From: an uncultured Desulfospira sp.
Lineage (GTDB): Bacteria > Desulfobacterota > Desulfobacteria > Desulfobacterales > Desulfobacteraceae
Assembly (NCBI GenBank): GCA_963663165.1
Contig: OY760175.1
Coordinates: forward strand, 2,304,001 to 2,368,000
Direction: 5' to 3'
Length of the DNA stretch: 64,000 nucleotides
The notes under the pieces: generated by a model
Told to the model about the DNA's origin: nothing
The model's database searches: none
What the model saw: the letters and a program-made list of their open reading frames with translations, nothing else
Position numbers and translations under genes: made by a program
In this document: positions 18,804 to 27,217 of the stretch, one piece after another
Numbering within the stretch: the first letter of the stretch is position 1
Layout of the letters: each line of letters starts with the position of its first letter

Positions 18804-19335
18804 ATATTTTGACCTTAATTGATTAACGCAATTTTTCGCCTGGATATACCTGTGAAAATCAGGGAACCACAGATTGTTTTTGAATCTTTTTTGAACCGTT
18901 ACATTAATTTGCAACTTTCAATATTTTTGACTGCCAACCTAACCTACTAAATTTATATGAAAAACCATTTCTTTTTTGAAATAATGAACGAAAAAAAATC
19001 CGTTACATTATTTGAATGTGAGCAAGCCTTTATGATAAGGCGATGGAGACTACAAACGCTAAGGCTCACCCTCGAATTGTGGGAGGCCGAAGGACTGAAA
19101 AAAGAATTGAACGGCGTTATTGACAAGGGTTCAGGTCCACAATGATACCATTATGTTGCGAGTGGGTCTAACCTGTTAAATTTAAAGGCGATTTTAGCTA
19201 TTCACATTGCAAATCAATATTGTATTAAAATTCAACACGTTAAAAGTTATTTTAGAAATTTTAAAGATCAGTGGCAACATAATTTTTTGTTTTACTACAT
19301 ACCCCTCCAAAGCTAGCAAAAGCTGCTTCAGTGGT

Positions 19336-20355
19336 TCATAAACTGTCAAGCCAGGCAAGGATTTCAGCACTATTTCCCCAGTCGATTAACTCATCAATTT
19401 TTTTGTCATGAGTTATTTTCGATTGCATGTATTCCATGAGCGTATTTTGGACTTCCCGTTTTTTTGACAGATCCAGCTGCAGATAGGTCATTGTTGATTC
19501 AATACTTTGATGACCAAGACGATTTTTGATATCCGATACCGGAGCACCTGAACTGACCATGTTGACCGCGCACGAATGCCTGAAGCAGTGAGCCGGGCTC
19601 AGTCCTTTCAGCCGTTTTTCCGGCAAGGCCAAGGTCAAATACTTCCTGCAAATTTTATTAATTCCATGTCTGGTCATTTCCCGCTTCCGTTGATTGATAA
19701 ACAGCCTATGGGCAAATAAAGGGATGGGATCTACCCTGTGATTGCTGATATAGTCCGAGATCAAGGAGGCGGTTCTGGAGCATAGATTAATCAACCGGTA
19801 TCGGTTTCCCTTTCCCAGGACCGCAATGGTTTCGTTTTCGGGGTCAAAATAATCAAATTCCAATGTGGCAATTTCACTGGCCCGGGCACCGGAGTCATAA
19901 AGCAGATGGAGAATGGTAAAATCCCTCATGCCTTCTTTCTTTTTCAGATCAACGGCACTGAAGACTTTCATGATTTCTTCAGGATATAAAAATCCCATCA
20001 CCTTTTTTTGAGCTCTTTTCTGAGGGATGTTCAGGAGCCTATCGGCAATTCGTTTTTTATCCGGATGCATGAAGCGGATCATCTTGGCCAAAGACTTAAT
20101 CACGGCCAGGCGTTGGTTTCGAGTCTGCACGCTATTTTTTCGGTTTTTTTCCAGATGCTGGAGAAAGGCAAGCACTGCATCCACCGTTAAGTGTTCGATT
20201 TTCAATGACTTGATTTTTATTGAGTGATGATTCGCCAGAAAATGCAGAAATAACGACAGGCTCTGCTGGTAAGCTTGAACACTTTGTTTGCTCGTCCCTT
20301 TTATCGAGGGCAAGTATTCATAAAAATACTGGTGCAGGCAACTTGTCAATCTCAT
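19336..20355 (-). CDS. RIT tyrosine recombinase C
   Basis: SGARASE, GKGNR, HCFRHS, LGH, TYL. Confidence 0.92.
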   Translation of the reverse strand: MRLTSCLHQYFYEYLPSIKGTSKQSVQAYQQSLSLFLHFLANHHSIKIKSLKIEHLTVDAVLAFLQHLEKNRKNSVQTRNQRLAVIKSLAKMIRFMHPDKKRIADRLLNIPQKRAQKKVMGFLYPEEIMKVFSAVDLKKKEGMRDFTILHLLYDSGARASEIATLEFDYFDPENETIAVLGKGNRYRLINLCSRTASLISDYISNHRVDPIPLFAHRLFINQRKREMTRHGINKICRKYLTLALPEKRLKGLSPAHCFRHSCAVNMVSSGAPVSDIKNRLGHQSIESTMTYLQLDLSKKREVQNTLMEYMQSKITHDKKIDELIDWGNSAEILAWLDSL

Positions 20356-21326
20356 GCACCCTCGCTTTTTGATTTCGAAAAATCAAACAGTTGCCAACGG
20401 TGCTCAGCATCCAGTACCTTCAAATAATAGGTTGTGTATTTGTATTTGCTGTGCCCCATATAAGCCGCCAGTACAGGCAGGGCATTTTGGCAGGATTTTC
20501 CTTGCTGTTTTATCCTTTTCAGCGTGTTCACAGCAAACGAATGCCGCAGGGAATGATGTGAAGGCTGGCTGAAGTTTGTAGTACCGATTATTTTCCGGGA
20601 GTGATCAAAATTAATATCTGTGAGAGCCTGTTTAAATCTGCGATTTATAAACATACGTACCAGTTTTTTCCCTTTCACCTTTACCAGCAAAAAAGGGCTG
20701 TCATCCTCATCAGGGAATAACCGGCGAACTTTTAGCAGGTTGTTGATTTCATAGGCTACGGCTTTGGGTATAGGGATCAATCGATCTTTTCTAAATTTTG
20801 TCTTTTCAATATAGATTGTTCTTTCTTCGGGCCTGTAATGGGTTTTCAATAAATTAAGTGTCTCCGAGGTTCTAAGTCCGCACCGGGCCATCAACAAAAA
20901 GGCTATATAAGCACTGAAATCTGACACATAGAATCTCTGGCTTGTCCGCATCGACTTGATTACAGCTTTGAGAAAACGGTCTGTTTCTTCCGGAGAAAAT
21001 ATAAAAGGAATAACGTGATTTTCCTGTAGCTCAGTGATTTCCTGCAACGGATTTTCCAGAATCACATCTTTGCGTATAAGATAATTGAAAAAGATCTTGA
21101 GCATTCTAAAAATCGTATTTATGGACCGGGGTTCAAGATCAAGTTCTGCTCTGAACCGGATAAAAAACAGCGGATCAAAGGATGTCCAAGTCACTTGTTT
21201 TTCAGACACATATCGATCAAGTACCCTAAGACCGTACATCATTGAGGTGTTTGAGTACCCCAGTTGAAAACGATATGTGATAAAATCCTCCATTTGTTCA
21301 GCCAAGAAACTTTTAAAACGTTTCAT
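20352..21326 (-). CDS. RIT tyrosine recombinase B
   Basis: CGLRTSE, TKFRKDRLIP, HSLRHSFAV, LAAYMGH, YYL. Confidence 0.92.
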   Translation of the reverse strand: MKRFKSFLAEQMEDFITYRFQLGYSNTSMMYGLRVLDRYVSEKQVTWTSFDPLFFIRFRAELDLEPRSINTIFRMLKIFFNYLIRKDVILENPLQEITELQENHVIPFIFSPEETDRFLKAVIKSMRTSQRFYVSDFSAYIAFLLMARCGLRTSETLNLLKTHYRPEERTIYIEKTKFRKDRLIPIPKAVAYEINNLLKVRRLFPDEDDSPFLLVKVKGKKLVRMFINRRFKQALTDINFDHSRKIIGTTNFSQPSHHSLRHSFAVNTLKRIKQQGKSCQNALPVLAAYMGHSKYKYTTYYLKVLDAEHRWQLFDFSKSKSEGA

Positions 21327-22200
21327 CAAGGATAACCTCCCGCATCAGGCCGATATGAATGCTCAGATACTTTTTTGTCGAATCGAGGCTTTTATGTCCC
21401 ATCATTTCTTTGATTTCATAGATGGACATACCGGACTCCAACATATTCTGGGCAAATGAATGCCGCAGCCAGTATGTGCTTGATCCAAGATTGTTTTTCG
21501 TCATGCATTCTTTTATATCTCGGGGGATATCGCTCCTGTTGGCCGGTTTATAAGGTGGTGTCAACTGTAAAAATAGAACTCGGGATTGAGTTTCAGGTCT
21601 CCCGCCCACAATATAGGCAGTGATCGCTTTGATTATGTTATCGGGAAGGGGAAGATGAGCAGGATTGCAATTTTTTCTTGAACGGATAAAAATCTCTTTC
21701 TGTCTAAATGAGATGTCATCCAGAGTTAGCAACCTGATTTCTTTCGGCCTTAACCCCAGATAACATGCCAGATGCAGGGTGGCATTGGTGCGAAGGTCTT
21801 TTGCTGTTGACAGGTCCAGACTGTCAAACAACTTTTGAATTTCATGAGTGCGCAAAAATTTGGGCGGCTTTGGTGGTCCGAACTCCGGAGGGCTTACCAC
21901 TAAAGCGCCAAGGTCCTTTTTAAGATCTCCGTGTTGATAAAGGTACTTTAAAAATCTTCGTACATGTGACCGGTGCGTCCTGCATGTCCCGGGAGCACGC
22001 CCCTTGTTGCAGACTGCTAAAAATTGATCGACCTGGTCAATGGATATGTTGCCCAAAGAGGTGTTTTCCCCCTGAAGATAGGCCGCAAAATTTGTTAATG
22101 TCCTTTTTGTATAGGACACCGCATCCCCGGAAGCTTGATCTCGACAGTAGTCCAGGTATTTCTCCACTGCTTTGGTGACCTTATTGTCAACTTCCATCAT
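21313..22200 (-). CDS. RIT tyrosine recombinase A
   Basis: LGLRPKE, RSRKN, YWLRHSFA, MMGH, KKYL; ATG 22200 with GGAGG RBS. Confidence 0.9.
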   Translation of the reverse strand: MMEVDNKVTKAVEKYLDYCRDQASGDAVSYTKRTLTNFAAYLQGENTSLGNISIDQVDQFLAVCNKGRAPGTCRTHRSHVRRFLKYLYQHGDLKKDLGALVVSPPEFGPPKPPKFLRTHEIQKLFDSLDLSTAKDLRTNATLHLACYLGLRPKEIRLLTLDDISFRQKEIFIRSRKNCNPAHLPLPDNIIKAITAYIVGGRPETQSRVLFLQLTPPYKPANRSDIPRDIKECMTKNNLGSSTYWLRHSFAQNMLESGMSIYEIKEMMGHKSLDSTKKYLSIHIGLMREVILDETF

Positions 22201-22672
22201 GGCTGCCTCCAAAAGATTGCAGGACAAGGCTGCGGATGGTTGCCGGATCGTGCAGTTCCATGTCTTTTTGGCTTTGAAGGGGGGCTGCTGAGGGCAGAGC
22301 CACTCTTTCCGGAAGGGACAATACTTGGAAAAGGTTGCCGTCAAATGCGACCAGGTTCTTGTCAATCAAGGCATTCCTGGCAAGGATGTAGTCATCAACA
22401 CAAATCCTGAGCAGGGTGCAGATTTTATCATAGCCGTAATAGGACAGCCCATGACGATCCGCCACGATAATCAAAAACAGGTACAGCAGGAGCTGATGAT
22501 GATCCAGGCTTGCCCAGAATCCGTCCCGCAGGAACCGGTGCTCGATAAAAGCAAAGCTTCCTGCAATTTTTCTGATGCGGCAGGGATCTATGGGATTTTT
22601 TGCAATGGACGCACGAAAACGGCGTTGGGGCTTTTGATTCCGATTTTTGGCTTTATTTTGTCCGGTCTCCAT
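22187..22672 (-). CDS. Winged-HTH hypothetical protein (Rep-like HTH), RIT1 cargo
   Basis: SFAFIEHRFLRDGF..LLYLFLIIVADRHGLSYYGYDKICTLL..ARNALI; AAGGAGG RBS. Confidence 0.7.
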   Translation of the reverse strand: METGQNKAKNRNQKPQRRFRASIAKNPIDPCRIRKIAGSFAFIEHRFLRDGFWASLDHHQLLLYLFLIIVADRHGLSYYGYDKICTLLRICVDDYILARNALIDKNLVAFDGNLFQVLSLPERVALPSAAPLQSQKDMELHDPATIRSLVLQSFGGSHDGS

Positions 22673-22719
22673 GGCATTGCCTCCTTGAAATGATCGTTAA
22701 AGGCAATTTACCCTTTTTC

Positions 22720-23328
22720 TCAGGGGGGATCAGGCCCCGTTTGTTGTTGGAACCGGCTTTTTCCATGATGTTTTTTTTGAGGGCGAGGGCCAAACCCTAA
22801 CGGCGGTGGCAGGATATCCAAATGTGAAGCGGCAAGTTCCCGGAGATGGGGTAAAACAAACTCAACCCCAAGTGCAGATCTCAATGATGATAAGGTTGCC
22901 TGACCATCATTGGATAAGGACGGAATCAGGTCGATTAATAAAATCAAACTTACATGAATCAAAAACAGTCTGTGCCTCATCCATCGCAAGACACCAGGCA
23001 GGCCGATATCTGGACGCATATTGTCTGCTGCGGCCTCCTGGCTTGGTGCTGCTTCGATCTGATTGATGACCGTTTCCGCCTCCATCAGTGTCCCTGGCAG
23101 ACGTGAGGACAGGCAATCGGGCAACAGCCCGAAGGTGGTCCTGCCATCCGGACAATACCACCGGGCGATTTTTGCACCGTCGGGATACTTTCTGCAATAG
23201 GTCCCATGCCTGGCAAATTTGCAGCCACCTTCCGGATGTAACGGGCACCGATCCAGTTTTGCATCTTTCCATGCCTCCTCCTCTATATATTGTTCAACAG
23301 GAATGTCGGTGGCGAATCGGAGCTGCAC
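22720..23328 (-). CDS. Zn-ribbon/HTH hypothetical protein of transposon-associated type (DUF6431-like), RIT1 cargo
   Basis: CPLH..CKFARHGTYCRK..IARWYCP..TTFGLLPDCL. Confidence 0.6.
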   Translation of the reverse strand: MQLRFATDIPVEQYIEEEAWKDAKLDRCPLHPEGGCKFARHGTYCRKYPDGAKIARWYCPDGRTTFGLLPDCLSSRLPGTLMEAETVINQIEAAPSQEAAADNMRPDIGLPGVLRWMRHRLFLIHVSLILLIDLIPSLSNDGQATLSSLRSALGVEFVLPHLRELAASHLDILPPPLGFGPRPQKKHHGKSRFQQQTGPDPP

Positions 23329-23357
23329 GACTTTAACCTTGCGTTAAAATTCAAAAT

Positions 23358-23783
23358 ATGAAACATTTTCCCATGGCAAAGATCGGTCGCAATACACCAT
23401 GCCCTTGCGGCAGCGGTAAGAAATATAAGAAGTGTTGTTTGTCGTTGCAGTCAGCGGGAACTCAACCCAAGCCCTATCCTGCCGGGTTTACACCAGTTTA
23501 CACGGAATTGGATCTGCTTTCAAACAGTGTGATTGATCTGATCGATGAAAACAAATTCGACGAGGCAGAAGCTGTATCAAAGAGATTATTGCATGAATAT
23601 CCAAATCAGATTGACGGCTTTCACAGGTTGGGACAGGTCTATGAAGCTCAGGGAAAAAAGCATGAAGCGGGAGAATACTATCAAAAAGCCGCAGATTTTG
23701 CCCGGACAATGCCGGGTTTTGATCCGGAAACTGTTGAACGCTTCCTTTTAAAAGCAAAGAAATATAGGGAAGAAGCAAAGTAG
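23358..23783 (+). CDS. SEC-C motif + TPR protein, RIT1 cargo
   Basis: [23 protein letters not shown]-like [21 protein letters not shown]. Confidence 0.85.
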   Translation: MKHFPMAKIGRNTPCPCGSGKKYKKCCLSLQSAGTQPKPYPAGFTPVYTELDLLSNSVIDLIDENKFDEAEAVSKRLLHEYPNQIDGFHRLGQVYEAQGKKHEAGEYYQKAADFARTMPGFDPETVERFLLKAKKYREEAK

Positions 23784-24416
23784 AAAAACTATATCCAAAG
23801 AAAATAACTCATTTAGAACTTTTTATAGAAGAAAATCTCGCTACAAAAAAAGTCGCAACATAAATACCATTAAAGCCCACCTTGATATTCCTTGTTTGCA
23901 TCATGGATACCGCCCAATTATTTGAATGGATAGAGAATATAGGCTGATAAAAAACGGTTAACTTCTGGCAAATCAATTTTCAAAGTATTTTGCCCTGAAT
24001 AGTCTTTACACGACCCAACCAAGCTGATATGCAATCCACGTATATACTAATGATGATAACCGATCCGGTTATCCGTTAATTCCTCTTGATATGCTGATAG
24101 ATATCAGATTGCTCAAGATAATCGGACAACTACTTGTACACCTGAACCTCATGAGGCTGAACGCAGATACAGGTTATTTGAATTTGGAGGACTAATGGTC
24201 GCTGATCCAACAGGATGGATATCTGATTTTTACTGGCACCTATGGCTTTTTTTTTCTGAAAACAATGATCAATTTTTCTACGGATTTGCTGCTCCTTCGC
24301 ACCATCGCCCCCCTTTATCTCCACACAGGTCACTTGTTGGGTACGATTCAATTGTCGAGTATCATACAGGCTTAGACCCCAAAAAATTCGAATCCTTTCA
24401 GGAAGATCTATCCTGA

Positions 24417-25676
24417 TTATATCGGATTTTGGGGAGGGCTTCGGTACCCACCCAAAGAAGCCGAAATGTAAAGGTTATGCAACCAGTTGTCGTGATATCT
24501 AAATTGATTCAGCCTTTCAGCTGGGCTTTTGAATCCGTTATGCCTTTTGACGGTTTCCGGGTTGTAAGGAGCAAAATTATGAATGAGTGTCCATCCTCGA
24601 ATGCTCAGTTGCGCTGCATCCATTACTCCATGAAAATATTGAGTGCTGAACAGATGGCGATCCATTCTTTGCATCAATCTGTCAACCATGTTGCTCGTTC
24701 TGTGTGCCTTGGGATGATCATAGGCGTTTCTGTATGAAACAATATTTTTCCGTAATTTGTTTATGGGGTCTGATATAACATTCGGAGCATCTTGCTTTTT
24801 GCACCATTCGATCAACCTCCTGATTCGCTGTGAAAATGATATTTTGCTTTCAGCCCGATAACAATCCCATAGTTTTGATGCTGTTTCATCAAAAATGTCT
24901 CTGTATTTCTTCTTTGCCCTATCACGAATTTTTATGAATACATGCAAAAAACAACAAACGATGGCTACCGATGGAAAAAGGCTTTTCCATGCCTGCCGGG
25001 TAGCTTTCCATCCGTCTATATTGACGGTCTCCGGAGAATATTCAGGCCGAAGGCATTGGGCTTCATCCCGGTAAAATTGATAAGCTCCAGTCAAGGCTTG
25101 TTTTCCAGCATTTTGAGCAACAGACGCTCCAAGAATGCAGCCATTTCCAACAGTTGTTGCCACATAAGTTTTTTCTCCCAGAATCCGGGTATGCTTCTCA
25201 TCCGCCGCAAGATGTTGCGGGATGTCTTCCGGTTGTCGGATGGTTGTTCCAACGATACTATTGCGACCAAGTGACTGCTCAATCCGGTACCAATACATTG
25301 GATCCTTACCGAAAATGTGGCTCAGTGCCCAGAAGGGCACATTAAATTTTCGCATAAAAAGAGCTTTTTCAACCTCATCGACCAAGCCGGTGAGATAGGG
25401 TGTCACAAAGGAAGGGCGGACTGTGTAAGCAATGCCGGACATCTCGATTCGCCGAATAGGGATCAACATTTTTTTTGAGTGATAGATATCTTTCATTCGA
25501 TATCCTTCTCTGGAAATTTCAGCTGGAAATAGTTCCGGGAAAAGCTCAATCCTTTCATTGAGACAGTTCCGAAATTTGTCAGGATTTTGAATGTTGTCAT
25601 TATAATCATCTTGAGAAAAAGGCACACATATGGTTCTATGGTTTCGGATTGCGGATTCTGTATCTGTTTCCCACAT
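24417..25676 (-). CDS. Transposase
   Basis: AADEKH, NIDGWKA, CCFLH, RTSNMVDR; stop codon inside the IR. Confidence 0.85.
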   Translation of the reverse strand: MWETDTESAIRNHRTICVPFSQDDYNDNIQNPDKFRNCLNERIELFPELFPAEISREGYRMKDIYHSKKMLIPIRRIEMSGIAYTVRPSFVTPYLTGLVDEVEKALFMRKFNVPFWALSHIFGKDPMYWYRIEQSLGRNSIVGTTIRQPEDIPQHLAADEKHTRILGEKTYVATTVGNGCILGASVAQNAGKQALTGAYQFYRDEAQCLRPEYSPETVNIDGWKATRQAWKSLFPSVAIVCCFLHVFIKIRDRAKKKYRDIFDETASKLWDCYRAESKISFSQRIRRLIEWCKKQDAPNVISDPINKLRKNIVSYRNAYDHPKAHRTSNMVDRLMQRMDRHLFSTQYFHGVMDAAQLSIRGWTLIHNFAPYNPETVKRHNGFKSPAERLNQFRYHDNWLHNLYISASLGGYRSPPQNPI

Positions 25677-25711
25677 ATAGTTAGAGACCTCCTTGGCGGG
25701 TTTGGTCTCTA

Positions 25712-25740
25712 ACTATATGAAATTATTGACAAAAAGTCTA
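25712..25740 (-). promoter_or_regulatory. Putative sigma70 promoter of the transposase
   Basis: TAGACT-N17-TATAGT on the minus strand; the -10 lies inside a 16-bp IR (25674-89/25704-19) covering the ATG. Confidence 0.6.
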
Positions 25741-27217
25741 GTCGGAATTCCCTTTGATTTCAATGGGTTACGAAAAAGTTTTTTACCCCCTTCCAATGAT
25801 TAGAGCGGTTTTGGCCTCTGTTCCCCTAAATCCGTTATAATCAGGATCTATCAAATGGACATTTAAGAACTAATTTGTTGGGACAGGGCGGCCCCACCCT
25901 TAACGTAAAAATCCAATTTATACAAAGGAGCTTCCAAAATACCCTTGGGTGTACCGCAGTTCCTGTGACCACATACTATTCCATGTCGCTAGCGGAATAT
26001 AATGTTTCGCGGGAAGGAATCAAACGTATGCTGGGCCATCTTGTTACCGAGAAAACTTTTGATGAGCCAGAACGGTATATGCACCGACTGGGGGCCTTTG
26101 ATATTATTAACTTACCGAAGCACGCCGAAGATGAGCAATACATCCTTAATTTTCGTCTACCAAAGCGACGGGATGTTTCCATGACGCCCCACCATAGAAA
26201 TTCCTATGAGATTTGGCGCAGGGATGATTTTGCACAAAACCGGCACTGGGCACATGTTTGTCTTTACAGCGGAGAAACTCCGGTGAGTGACGCTCTTCAT
26301 ATTCTTGACCCAGAAGTGAGGGTGTTTGGACCTGTCGCTATAGATGAAACATTTGATAGAACTGAATTTCGACTTTTTGATGAAAAGGGACTCTTACACC
26401 ATGAGGAGTCCGTATGGATTAATCAGTTTGCTATGAATTTTTCCATAGGGCAAGGAACTATTAGGTATGACAGCCCATTGACAGATCGTGGCAAAGGAGG
26501 AGGTGCTGTTGATACTGTCGAATCTTTGACCAATATAAGTGTTCGCTCTCGGGGTCGTGAAAGTATAACGAATGTAACAACCGGACAAGAATTCCGTGAT
26601 TATTGCCGAGAAATGCGTGAACGAGGTAAAACGTTATTCAAATCGCCTTCACCGGATAGATGGTTTCCCAAAGGAATAACAGGATCGTTGAATACATTGG
26701 AACATGTCAAAACATTGATTGAGGGTCAAGGTGTCATAAAAGTGTGGATTGTTGATCCTTTTTTCGATGCGAGGGCTGTGGAAAATCTTATTCCAACTAT
26801 TGGGGTCAGCAACCTTGAATTAGTTGTTATTACAAACCTAAGAAATATTGATGCATGCCGAGAGATTGGCGAAGGGGAAAACGAAACCGATCCTGTGAGT
26901 AACTTGGAAAAGAAACTTGATGTTCTTCGACCAATTATCCACTGTAACCTGAAAGTTAAAAACCTTCACACTACCCCGGGTTCAAATGAACAGGTTTTTC
27001 ATGACCGATATTTGTGTCTTAAAATGGGAAAAGACAAAGTTTCAGTTTATCTGCTCTCAAACAGCTTTAACGCTTATGCAGAGAATTATCCCTTCTGTCT
27101 AAGTCAATTGAGCGGCTTTGCGGCTAAAAATGCCTATGATTATATTATTAATCTTGAAGGTTTGAAAAATCCAGTCACTGGTTCGAATCTGTACTGTGAT
27201 CCTGACTGGAGTAAATA

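Larger units (their letters stand above)
13750..18941 (+). mobile_element. Tyrosine recombinase + CHC2 zinc finger + DDE transposase + AAA ATPase element
   Basis: Co-oriented gene set; imperfect terminal IR TAGTCTGTCAGTTGAA (13750-65) versus TAGGTTGGCAGTCAAA (revcomp 18926-41), 11/16 match. Confidence 0.6.
19151..23863 (-). mobile_element. RIT element 1 (three tyrosine recombinases plus three cargo genes)
   Basis: Terminal IR TTATGTTGCGA at both ends; flanking 6-bp direct repeat ATACCA (19145-50, 23864-69). Confidence 0.9.
24413..25844 (-). mobile_element. Insertion sequence (~1.43 kb), DDE/CxxH transposase, family unassigned
   Basis: IR CTGATTATA(T/A)CGGATTT(T/A)GGGGA; 8-bp target duplication GATCTATC (24405-12, 25845-52). 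Confidence 0.92.

Noticed and set aside
18957..19145. 62-aa ORF as a gene disrupted by RIT1
   Set aside because: Its stop codon overlaps the insertion repeat, and rejoining the empty site gives no extended frame on either strand.
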